Part shown: positions 37,501 through 45,789 of the stretch, piece by piece
Layout: the number at the start of each line of letters is the position of its first letter
How positions within the stretch are numbered: position 1 is the stretch's first letter
IMG/VR virus record: IMGVR_UViG_3300025668_000008
Coordinates: 1-53,199 of that record
Strand: one strand, 5' to 3'
DNA from: a virus
Taxonomy: Duplodnaviria > Caudoviricetes
DNA length: 53,199 nucleotides
Notes under the pieces: generated by a model
What the model was told of the DNA's origin: nothing
The model's input: the letters and a program-made list of their open reading frames with translations, nothing else
The model's database searches: none
Translations under genes and position numbers: made by a program

Positions 37501-40500
37501 GAGTCAGTAGAAGTATTTGGATATGCAGAAACTCTTGCCATTAGTGCAATGAGAAACGAAGCATTTGGTGTATCGGATGTCCAAAACTATGCTTCTGGTC
37601 TTCTTCAAAATTTTGACAATAGTATTACTATTGATAATAGTTCACCTTATTGTGCAAACGTAGCAAGTGCTATTAGTACTCTATTTGGTATTCTTACAAC
37701 TGCTATTGGTACTACTGCAACTCCTGGTAATCTTTCTGGGGTTACAAGAACTCCATCGGGCAGTAATAATAATAAACTGTATCATGATGGTTATCAGTTT
37801 TGGATTAGTACAGATGATGGAATTTTATATTCATATGACGGTCGTAAGTGGGGACTGACCGCAGGTACTGCAGGTCTAAACTTTACTGCATTAGGTTCTA
37901 GTTATGATGCATTTGTTGCATTTGAAACAGCAACTAATAAATTTTACTATTCTACTGAGTTAGTAAATGATGGTACATCTACTGAAGAGACCTTCAGAGA
38001 TACTACTATTTCTAATACATATGAAGCAAACAGAGATTATGTTTGTGCTAATGTACAATCTGCAATCTACACATACTTTGGTATTATTGATACTGTAATT
38101 TCTGGCGGAACTGCTCCAGATAGAATTCTTCCAGAAAAATCATTTACAGACAATGGAGTTAAATTTGTTACTTTTGCGAGAAACTTCTTAGATCTTCCTA
38201 TTATTGAAGCATCTCCATATATCTTTAACTCTTCTGTAATTTCATTCCTTGGTGGATCTGGTTGCGAAATTGATGGTGGTAAAGTTGCAGATCCAAACGT
38301 CATTAGACCAGGATTACCTCCTCAGGGTAAATCGATGGTTGCTGCAGCATTCACGATCATCTCATTTGGTGGTACTGGATATAGAGTTATTAATGATGGT
38401 TATACTCAACTGGTTTCGGTATTCTGTATCTTCACATTTGATGGTTGTATCGTCGAAACTGGTGGTTATGCATCACTGACTAACTCTGCATCAAACTTTG
38501 GTATCTATTCACTGAGATCATCTGGTTTTAGAGAAACTGCTTATACATTTGATATTGGTGTTGTTGATGACGTAACATTTGATTTAATTGGCACGCCCAC
38601 ATTTGATATCGTTCAACTGAACAGTGAACCAAGAGAACATTATGTCTTTAAAATTGATGGCATTAAATCAGTTTTAAAGGCAAGTGAAAATCCTGAATAT
38701 TTTATTGACGCAGTACTTCAAGCATCTGGATCTGAAGCATTGGTGCAAGCAGACCAGCAGATGTTCCTGATTGGTAATGAAAACAGATATACTGATGCTG
38801 CAGTACTAATTGAGAATAATAAAAAGTACATTGCAGAAGAAGCATTTTATACAGAACTGTATCAAAATACTTATTCATTCCAAGCAAATTATGCCAAGTG
38901 CATCAGAGATACTGAACTGATTATTCAAGCTATTGCTGATGATATCAGAGATGATGGTAACGCATTTACTTGGGATGCAGGTAAAACATATATTGAAAAC
39001 TCAGGTGTTGCTCACGTCACAGGATATACTGCAGCAACTAAAGCAGTATTTGATGAGGCAATTATTCTTTGTAAGAAAGCAATTAATAACCAACTCTTAG
39101 AGTTTGGAACTACGCCAACTACTGAACAAACCAATGCCTATTATCATGTTGCACAGTATACGACTGTAAAACCATATGTTGATACTACTGTAATTCATGA
39201 CGTATCATCTCCAGCAGGGGAAACTGGTCTGCCTACAGATCTTTATAGTAGTTCTGATTGTGCTAATGTACAAACAGCTATTGACACATTAAATACTCTC
39301 CTTGATGAAATTCTGGATAATCCATCAGTAACTACACCAATGCCTTCGGGTGCGGCGAGAAATGATGGTCAATTCACTCTTGACAACTCAACTCGTTATA
39401 AAGTATTAAACCATCCAATCAATTTACATAGACCATCTATTTGTAACTCTTCTTCACATACGTGGGAATTTTCTGGTTCGGGAATTGATTATAATGCCCT
39501 GCCACAAAATGGCGGTAAGAGAGGATCAGAAGATACAAAAGATTTTGAACAAGTATCTCAAAATAATGGTCGTGTTTATGCATCAGGTACTGATGAACTT
39601 GGTAACTTTAAAGTTGGTTACTTTGCTAACATTGAAAATAGAACGGGTAATATTACCTTTGGTGGTACTGTTGAAATTGAAGAAGTTGCATTCTTGAAAA
39701 TTAAAGGTGGAGATCTTGAAATTGTTGGTTTCTCCGGCAATGAAAAACTTGGTGACGTTACATTAGGTTCTACTGAACAGAGAAGTGCTAGAATTCTAGC
39801 AACTCAATCTTCTATCAGAGAATATATTACTAATAATTATGGTAATTATAAGAACAAACCATATGGTACAACTCCATCTCCTGGAAATCTTGTACAGTTA
39901 GGTTCTGATGGTAGAATTAATATTGATCAGATCCCAGCACTGAGACCATTTAATGTCTTTACTGTTGCAGATCTTAACGCACGTCTTGAACTAGAAGGAG
40001 CACTTGCAGGTGATATTGCAATTCAATTAGCACCAAATAATATTTCATATATTCTTAATAATGATACATATGCTCAGATTCTTGAGTTTACACCAGATAC
40101 CACATATACCTTTTCGGTAAATGATATTGTAAGTGGTTCACCAACAAATGCACAAGGTACTGTTTCTAGTTACATTCATGGTGAAGTATCTCCACTTGTA
40201 AATATTATTACAGGTGGTTCTGGTTATACCACAGCACCATCTGTCACGATTGGCATTCAATATGAAAACAGCACTGGTTATAGTTCTGGTGCCCAGGTTG
40301 CAGCAAATGGATATCTTTACACTGTAACTGCATCTGGTACAACCTCAGCATCTGGTACTGGTCCAAATCATACCACTGGATCTGCAACAGATGGAACAGT
40401 AACATTTGAACATGTAGGTGTATCTGCACAAGCAACTGCAAGTATTGATAGTAACCGAGTATCTAATGTTGAAATTATAACTAGGGGTTCTGGTTATACC

Positions 40501-43500
40501 TCAGTACCATCAATAACATTTGATAATACTGGAACAGGTGGTAGTGGAGCAAATGTATCAGTATCAATTAGGAGTAGATTAGAAGTTGTTCTGATTGGTA
40601 ATATTAAATTTGCATCTCAGGATACTATTCAAGATTCTAGTGGAACACCACAGACAGTTACAGTCGGTAATGTTGTCAATACTTCATCTCAATTAGAAAC
40701 AAATTGGGTTCAGTTAACTTCAACTAACATTGACGCTGGTTCTATTACTAGTGGTGTTATTAATCCAGGAAGATTAGCAAACATTACTTCTAATTATCCT
40801 GCAAATTCTAATACTTATCTTAGAGGTGATTCCACCTTTGTACCTGTTGTTTCTTCATTAAGAGTTAACAATAGCGACACTCCAATTATTATTAATTCTT
40901 CTAATCAGAGAGGTTCTTATATTGATTCGATAGAAATCGTAGATGGTGGTGAAAATTATGCAATCTCTGGTTTTGGTTCTGGCATAGGAACACTTCAATC
41001 TCAGATTGTATCTGGTGGTAATGGTGAAGGATTCCTTGCTGATTTTACAGTTAGTGATGGTGCAGTTAAGAGTATTGCAGTTACTAATGGTGGATCTGGT
41101 TATCGTCTTGTTATTGACGAAAACGTAACACCTGTACAATTTGCCGAAGAACCCCCTACTGTTATTTTCAGAGATTCTAATGGTAACGTTGTTGTAAACG
41201 TTGTAGCGAAAGCAATCACAACAAATGGTGTTGTCACTGAAATTAGAATTATTGATGGTGGTAGTGGATTCACAGTTGCTCCAACTATTGAATTTACAGG
41301 TGTTGGTAACAGTGCTGCTGCAACCTCATCAATTGCTGATGGTGTAATCTCAAGAATTGCTGTCGTTGAAGGTGGTCTTAACTTTACTGCAGATTTTACA
41401 ATTAATCCATTACCTGCAGCAATTACAAATCCTGGCGGAGATGATGATCTTGATGCTGAAGCAAAACTTGCAACAGTATCTAAGATCTTCAATGATATTA
41501 CAATTGAGATTAAGCGTGGTGATAACTTAACGATTGCAGGTGATGACTTCAGTAACCTTGGTGTTTGGAGATTTTATAAAGAGCAGTGGGACTTTGGACC
41601 TGATGGTGCATTGACACTTAAAGAAGGTCCTGGATCTGGTCTTAACGCTGATTTACTTGATAACCAAGAAAAAGAATTTTATACAAATGCAGACAATATT
41701 GACCAAGGTACTCTTGGTGTTGACTTCCTTTCGGGTGAGTACAACATTGGTATTACAGGTCAATCTGGTACTACACTTAACCTCTCAATTTCTGATGTTA
41801 GACAGCAAACTCTTGCTCCGTCTAACGCACCTCTAGGAACTGCTGGTGCATGGAAAAAGAACAGTGATGATGGATTGCTTGATGGTGGAACTGACCACAC
41901 CAAGTATACATCTAGAAGAGGTATTGGTACTGGAACTACATTTGATGGTTATGCAATTACTCAATTTGCATATACAGATAACAATAATCAGTGGATTCGT
42001 GGTAGTGGTGGAAACTTCGTTGGTTCTATTGCAATCTCACAGTCAGGTAATGGATATACTCCTGGACAATATAAGTCCGTTCCTCTTGGTGGCGGTGAAG
42101 GATATGGTTTAGAAGCAGATATTACTGTTGGATCTAACGGAAAAATTACTGATGTAGTTATTAGTAATACTGGTTATGGGTATAATGAATCAGATAATGC
42201 TCCACAGACATTCACCTGCGTATTACCTCAAAATATATTTGGTATTGATAATGGTCGTCAATATGACTCAGGTTATATTCAATGGAGTGCTGGTGCTAAT
42301 TATAATATTGGAGATAAAGTATTTGTTGCACAAACAATTGGATTTGGTAGATTATATAATGTCGTAACTCCAGGTACTGCAGGTACTCAAGAACCTACTC
42401 ACTCAAGTGGTTCTGCTCAAGCAACTAGTGGCACTGCCGTATTTGATTTTGCTGGATCTCTTGCTGCTGAACTTACTGCAACTCTTGCTACGGTCAATGC
42501 AAACCAATGGAGTTCTTGGTACAAATTGTGGTCTAGTGGTAATGATAGCAATTCTTCTGGATTAAATGCCACATTCTTAAAAGGTAAATCAGAAACATTT
42601 TTACAATCTGCTACTAACACCAATTTTGGATACTTAAGTAATAGTAGAATTGCAAATAATTTGGCACCTAAGTCAATTACTGATTCTTTAAAAGTTACAA
42701 GATTTAACCCTCAAGTACAAATTAATACTGGTGTTATTTATGAATTTACTGTAGATAATATCTTATTTAAATATAAAGATCTTCAGATGCTTGACACTGG
42801 TTCTTCTTCAGCAAATTTAAATGGAGATACATTCTTCTCAGTTAATTTGTATACTAAAACTAATGTTAACCAAGGCACTATTAATGTTATTGACGTTACT
42901 CCAATCTATGAAGCACAATATGTGTGGAATTTTGGATTTAGTGCTATACAAAATGCAGTTGATTTTGATCCAGAAACTGTATATCAAGTAGGCGATTTAG
43001 TATATGTTACTATTGCAGGAACTCTTGGTGAAGATGTATATTTGTATGAAGTAACTGTTGCTGGCGAATCTGGAACTACTTCACTAAACCATACAAGTGG
43101 TTCTCTATATAACGGCACCGCTGAATTTAAATTTGTATCTAATGGCATTCCACCCAGTAGAGAGATACAATATAATAATAACATTTATGAAACTGATGAG
43201 TTTATTAGAACTCCAACAATTTATAATAACAATTTAGTTCTTGGTGTTGGTACTTTATTAATCGCTAACCAAAATCTATATGAAGTGACCACTGCAGGTA
43301 CAACTTCAGCATCGGGTAATGGTCCATCTCATACAATAGGAGCAGCGACAGATGGTAGTGTTGGATTAACTTATGTAAGTGCAAGACCTAATATTATTCC
43401 AATTCATGGTCCAGATGATGGATCGGTAAGTGGCGTAACATGGAGTAGAGCATCTCAACTTTCACATACTAAAGTACAAGCAGAACTTATCTCTGGCGTT

Positions 43501-45036
43501 CTTAATGAAACCGTTGTTAAGTTTGGTACTGCAGTAGAACCTGCAACTTACTATCCTATTTCTGATTTTGGTATTACTTCACTTGATACGTATTCAATTG
43601 ATAAGCATAAATTATATGCTGATGGATCAGGAAATCCAGTTATATCACTTGGCAACGAATCTGAATCTACCAGTGGTCAGATTAGATTCTTTACTAGTGG
43701 CAATGCATTTACTTTAGCAAATGGTGATCCTAATCTTAATGGTTATGATGCACGAATTATTTCCTCTGGTGGTACTTCTACTGTTGGCACCGGTACTATT
43801 AATTTACAAGCAAATGCTGCTCAAGTTAATGGCAATAATATCTGGCACGCAGGTAACATTACATTCAATAATGGTATTGATACGGTCAATGCAGCATATG
43901 ATGCTCAAGCAAATGGACAAGGTGTAATTAGAGATAGCAACGGTGACATTGGATTTAGAAATGCCTATGGTGATCTAATTGGTATTGCTTCTGAAAACTT
44001 ACCACTATCTGGTGGTACTTTAACTGGTCAATTAAAACAGGAAGTTACAGATAGCACTGCATGGACTCCAGTAGATAATTCTACAATCTATAGATACACT
44101 CCATATCCACATGAACTTGCAATTCTGAATACTGAAGCAGGCAATGCATCGGCATTCTCCTCATTATACCTACAGGCAGGTAGGGCATCTGACGGTGCAA
44201 GATATTCTTCTGCAAGAATTACTGCAGTTAAGTCAGGTGATTATCGTACTGATCTTGTATTTGGTGTTCGTGATTCTGACTTCTTTGAGAGAATTAGAAT
44301 TCGTTACAATGGAAACGTAGGTATCGGAGTCACTGCTGCAAATATTAGTTCTAAACTAACTGTTAATGCAACTGGTGGTGGTGGTTGGAATCAAAATTCT
44401 AATACTGCAGGTATTCTCTTTAAAAACTTTGATAGCGATAATGGATATCCATCGTTCCTCACTATTGATAATGCCTTTGATAGAGACATTGGTATTGGTC
44501 TTGCACGTCAAGGAAATACCAAATGGGTTCTCTTTAATGATGGTGGATCATCACCAAATGATATCTTTAGAATTACTAATCTTCAAGGTGATTATGTATT
44601 CAGCATGTATCAGAGATCTGACGCTGCTGATGTTACCACCTCAAGAGTTGGTATGTACACGGGCACTTCAGTCCCAACACATACGCTGACAGTAAATGGT
44701 ACTTTCTCTGCTAAGAGTAAGTCCTTCCTTATCGATCACCCAACTAAGGAAAATTACAAACTTCAGCATGGTTCACTTGAGGGTCCTGAGCATGGTGTAT
44801 ACGTTCGTGGACGTGTCGCAGATGGTGTAATTACACTGCCAGATTACTGGTTACAACTTGTTGATGAAGACACCATTACAGTTCAACTCACTGGAATTGG
44901 TGACTCTGGCAATCGCTGGGTAGTTGATGTCGCTGACAATACAGTCACGACTGGTGGCGGGGCAGCGTTCTACTTTGTACAAGCAGAACGTAAGGATGTA
45001 CCTAAGATGGAAGTAGAAATGGAGGTTCAAGAATGA
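34528..45036 (+). CDS. giant fibre-like virion protein (3502 aa): split beta-helix, three phycobiliprotein-like helical domains, BNR propeller, CBM-like repeats, C-terminal FxIxHP domain
   Basis: VGINTTAP.Y.LDV.G fibre motifs, IIAGGDYLEDNP...VVGDN.R beta-helix start, SPYI.N...KSMVAAAFT, GLNADLLD and KSFLIDHPTK motifs. Confidence 0.85.
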   Translation: MALEFNADKEILKSNSLKIKNDTSLNLRLGGGADEKSALFSQLSNDVDKLVRVGINTTAPQYELDVEGQIRTTTSIISDTAKINNLDIDTIVNAKLNLKAPVLQSFVDPETGDTFFPTSETPAFDDDTNKVATTNFVYNIATNDVGGRVYVSEQIGNDDFDGRSATKPVRTIKRGAQIAGTTPEKETLIIAGGDYLEDNPISIPDKCSVVGDNIRLCIIRPQNPNKHMFKNQNENYMIGVTFRDKIEVVDGFEQAIGTWDYAYVFDDKQRMYYDKTLGGQYGRQFPIGYQIFGEGIFRIEFDRASISDPDFQIGDEIVGVATGGRALITEISYGLPDSLNVSEQTSVDKGFITVDTVRGALEQGDTFKYSPVPAVGAVRWAPETAYTLGQQVFTDNTLYDVSIAGTSGLNEPSHQSGADTNGTLEFSFNSSIPQYIFTASNVKSLRPEGEVTEHVTTHPNYLIESCWFDSADPDWMYFRTQQYHTFEEGQWVEFTDLPNSGAGGDLNRFNGRQYITKRVEQLDGFSDTFAVFKDTPSQLGSESSQFSLTVFGAVVTSSDDYVKFSLLNSPFKFEESEKVGSRFLDGADLIRRNKEFIADEAVIRTKAKYTGLLIPDETQCKTDIKHLLNAVQYDLSNGGNAATLEAANYYKEGNALLHISPQLEETRYAFEQAREMAVLAIRNRIKYLSGSNLTAISNTLGGNINSVQWINTQFVAVGDGGLLATSPDGQTWTTQTNPLPGASYKDIVWNGTTTIVIGGDGGTGVVITSNNGTNWAVAESTLGSATVETIAWDDNEQWVGFGGTQWFTSNNGQEWTANGSFVPVNGSGTHSIVDVIWDYTNSQFVAVGSGGSVYTSPNGTTWTERSTSSTTFSAITSNEDVLIAAAGDEIFKSTDGINWEIGIAAPLVADRYADAADLILANQEIIAEIAVNKMLANNTGFNIPSGNQACKDDVIDFLKSMVIDLQYGGNDQTYDAANLYVTGTHVQGEEDESVEVFGYAETLAISAMRNEAFGVSDVQNYASGLLQNFDNSITIDNSSPYCANVASAISTLFGILTTAIGTTATPGNLSGVTRTPSGSNNNKLYHDGYQFWISTDDGILYSYDGRKWGLTAGTAGLNFTALGSSYDAFVAFETATNKFYYSTELVNDGTSTEETFRDTTISNTYEANRDYVCANVQSAIYTYFGIIDTVISGGTAPDRILPEKSFTDNGVKFVTFARNFLDLPIIEASPYIFNSSVISFLGGSGCEIDGGKVADPNVIRPGLPPQGKSMVAAAFTIISFGGTGYRVINDGYTQLVSVFCIFTFDGCIVETGGYASLTNSASNFGIYSLRSSGFRETAYTFDIGVVDDVTFDLIGTPTFDIVQLNSEPREHYVFKIDGIKSVLKASENPEYFIDAVLQASGSEALVQADQQMFLIGNENRYTDAAVLIENNKKYIAEEAFYTELYQNTYSFQANYAKCIRDTELIIQAIADDIRDDGNAFTWDAGKTYIENSGVAHVTGYTAATKAVFDEAIILCKKAINNQLLEFGTTPTTEQTNAYYHVAQYTTVKPYVDTTVIHDVSSPAGETGLPTDLYSSSDCANVQTAIDTLNTLLDEILDNPSVTTPMPSGAARNDGQFTLDNSTRYKVLNHPINLHRPSICNSSSHTWEFSGSGIDYNALPQNGGKRGSEDTKDFEQVSQNNGRVYASGTDELGNFKVGYFANIENRTGNITFGGTVEIEEVAFLKIKGGDLEIVGFSGNEKLGDVTLGSTEQRSARILATQSSIREYITNNYGNYKNKPYGTTPSPGNLVQLGSDGRINIDQIPALRPFNVFTVADLNARLELEGALAGDIAIQLAPNNISYILNNDTYAQILEFTPDTTYTFSVNDIVSGSPTNAQGTVSSYIHGEVSPLVNIITGGSGYTTAPSVTIGIQYENSTGYSSGAQVAANGYLYTVTASGTTSASGTGPNHTTGSATDGTVTFEHVGVSAQATASIDSNRVSNVEIITRGSGYTSVPSITFDNTGTGGSGANVSVSIRSRLEVVLIGNIKFASQDTIQDSSGTPQTVTVGNVVNTSSQLETNWVQLTSTNIDAGSITSGVINPGRLANITSNYPANSNTYLRGDSTFVPVVSSLRVNNSDTPIIINSSNQRGSYIDSIEIVDGGENYAISGFGSGIGTLQSQIVSGGNGEGFLADFTVSDGAVKSIAVTNGGSGYRLVIDENVTPVQFAEEPPTVIFRDSNGNVVVNVVAKAITTNGVVTEIRIIDGGSGFTVAPTIEFTGVGNSAAATSSIADGVISRIAVVEGGLNFTADFTINPLPAAITNPGGDDDLDAEAKLATVSKIFNDITIEIKRGDNLTIAGDDFSNLGVWRFYKEQWDFGPDGALTLKEGPGSGLNADLLDNQEKEFYTNADNIDQGTLGVDFLSGEYNIGITGQSGTTLNLSISDVRQQTLAPSNAPLGTAGAWKKNSDDGLLDGGTDHTKYTSRRGIGTGTTFDGYAITQFAYTDNNNQWIRGSGGNFVGSIAISQSGNGYTPGQYKSVPLGGGEGYGLEADITVGSNGKITDVVISNTGYGYNESDNAPQTFTCVLPQNIFGIDNGRQYDSGYIQWSAGANYNIGDKVFVAQTIGFGRLYNVVTPGTAGTQEPTHSSGSAQATSGTAVFDFAGSLAAELTATLATVNANQWSSWYKLWSSGNDSNSSGLNATFLKGKSETFLQSATNTNFGYLSNSRIANNLAPKSITDSLKVTRFNPQVQINTGVIYEFTVDNILFKYKDLQMLDTGSSSANLNGDTFFSVNLYTKTNVNQGTINVIDVTPIYEAQYVWNFGFSAIQNAVDFDPETVYQVGDLVYVTIAGTLGEDVYLYEVTVAGESGTTSLNHTSGSLYNGTAEFKFVSNGIPPSREIQYNNNIYETDEFIRTPTIYNNNLVLGVGTLLIANQNLYEVTTAGTTSASGNGPSHTIGAATDGSVGLTYVSARPNIIPIHGPDDGSVSGVTWSRASQLSHTKVQAELISGVLNETVVKFGTAVEPATYYPISDFGITSLDTYSIDKHKLYADGSGNPVISLGNESESTSGQIRFFTSGNAFTLANGDPNLNGYDARIISSGGTSTVGTGTINLQANAAQVNGNNIWHAGNITFNNGIDTVNAAYDAQANGQGVIRDSNGDIGFRNAYGDLIGIASENLPLSGGTLTGQLKQEVTDSTAWTPVDNSTIYRYTPYPHELAILNTEAGNASAFSSLYLQAGRASDGARYSSARITAVKSGDYRTDLVFGVRDSDFFERIRIRYNGNVGIGVTAANISSKLTVNATGGGGWNQNSNTAGILFKNFDSDNGYPSFLTIDNAFDRDIGIGLARQGNTKWVLFNDGGSSPNDIFRITNLQGDYVFSMYQRSDAADVTTSRVGMYTGTSVPTHTLTVNGTFSAKSKSFLIDHPTKENYKLQHGSLEGPEHGVYVRGRVADGVITLPDYWLQLVDEDTITVQLTGIGDSGNRWVVDVADNTVTTGGGAAFYFVQAERKDVPKMEVEMEVQE
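36620..37965 (+). other. BNR/Asp-box beta-propeller, interrupted by helical domain 2
   Basis: Asp-boxes SPDGQTW, SNNGTNW, SNNGQEW, SPNGTTW and STDGINW, then SYDGRKW after the insert. Boundaries approximate. Confidence 0.8.
37258..37710 (+). other. phycobiliprotein-like domain 2 (contiguous)
   Basis: RYADAADLILANQEIIAEIA...IPSGNQACKDDVIDFL...GGN...AISAMRN...YCANVASAISTLFGILTTAIG. Confidence 0.62.
38785..39318 (+). other. phycobiliprotein-like domain 3
   Basis: RYTDAAVLIENNKKYIAEEA...AKCIRDTELIIQAI...KKAINN...SDCANVQTAIDTLNTLLDEIL. Confidence 0.62.
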
Positions 45037-45779
45037 GTTCCATATATGGTCCAAGTATTCCAATGAGAGAATTAAAAATTCTACTCGATGCTAATAATAA
45101 TATCAGTTATCCTGGTACTGGGACTCAGATTTTTGATTTAAGTGGTAATCAAAATAACTATAATATTTTTGGAACTATCCCTATAATTGACGAAACTACT
45201 TATAAATACTGGGATTTTTCTGGTAATGACAATGGGGATGCAAATTCACGCTCATATAATGCACCTCTAGGTATTACTAGTGCTGTTGGTAATATGGATG
45301 CTATGGGTCTTACTAGAACTGGAAGTTTTACTATTTCTTTTTGGTATACTCATGATGGTTCTGGAGGTCAAATTAGTTTAGTTGCTAATGCTGGTGGTGG
45401 TGATGGATATAGATTCGGACCTTCTGGTGGAGGATATTATTGGTTAATGGGTCCAGGATATCGTGAAGGTATTTACTATAGCAGTGCTGGGGGTGGAGAC
45501 AGTAATTGGCATTTAGTCAGTGGGGTGTTTGACCGAGCAAATGAATATGGAAGATCAGGTGGTGCTAGTGTGCATCTGTATCATGATGGGGAATATTTAG
45601 GAGATGTTGGTAATTTTTCATCACAAACTACTATGACATCTGGTCCTCCAAATATTTCTAGAAATCCTTGCTGTCTTCGATTTGACGGTAAATTAAATTC
45701 TTTCTTTTGGCATGATACAGCATTAAATTCTGTAGAGTGTAAACAACTTTATGATGCATATTCACAACGTTTCTTATAA
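45033..45779 (+). CDS. LamG/ConA-like lectin-domain protein (248 aa), putative adhesin
   Basis: LDA.N..SYPGTG....DLSGN.N N-terminus; FTISFW, WHLVSGVFD, LYHDG and AL...E..QLY motifs; ATGA overlap with the 3502-aa gene. Confidence 0.8.
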   Translation: MSSIYGPSIPMRELKILLDANNNISYPGTGTQIFDLSGNQNNYNIFGTIPIIDETTYKYWDFSGNDNGDANSRSYNAPLGITSAVGNMDAMGLTRTGSFTISFWYTHDGSGGQISLVANAGGGDGYRFGPSGGGYYWLMGPGYREGIYYSSAGGGDSNWHLVSGVFDRANEYGRSGGASVHLYHDGEYLGDVGNFSSQTTMTSGPPNISRNPCCLRFDGKLNSFFWHDTALNSVECKQLYDAYSQRFL

Positions 45780-45789
45780 GGTATAAATT

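Larger units (their letters stand above)
36271..38103 (+). other. phycobiliprotein-like domain 1, split (36271-36576 plus final helix 38041-38103)
   Basis: RFLDGADLIRRNKEFIADEA...QCKTDIKHLLNAVQYDL...GGN...AVLAIRN, then a large insert, then CANVQSAIYTYFGIIDTVIS. Confidence 0.6.
35665..43443 (+). repeat. dispersed ~50-aa CBM5/12-like repeats at 35665-35811, 40261-40419, 42283-42456, 42964-43137 and 43222-43377, plus a split copy over 42925-43443
   Basis: Consensus [WFY]....Y..G..V......LY.V...GT.G...P.H..G....GT..F. The repeats are visible in the sequence; the CBM label is inferred. Confidence 0.75.

Noticed and set aside
36620-37965. Calling the propeller a photosystem II assembly factor (Ycf48/HCF136)
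   Set aside because: Asp-box propellers are generic and common in phage fibres; no Ycf48-specific features were seen.
40336-43326. 27/30-nt repeat (40336-40365 vs 43297-43326) as a possible DGR template/variable repeat pair
   Set aside because: Mismatches are C/T, T/G and C/A rather than adenine-specific, both copies are in-frame protein repeats, and no reverse transcriptase is visible in the window.
2498-45036. Inteins, introns or homing endonucleases as the cause of the very large ORFs
   Set aside because: No intein C/S...HN-C/S/T boundaries or LAGLIDADG/HNH/GIY-YIG motifs were noticed, and the frames are uninterrupted; repeats and nested domains explain the size.
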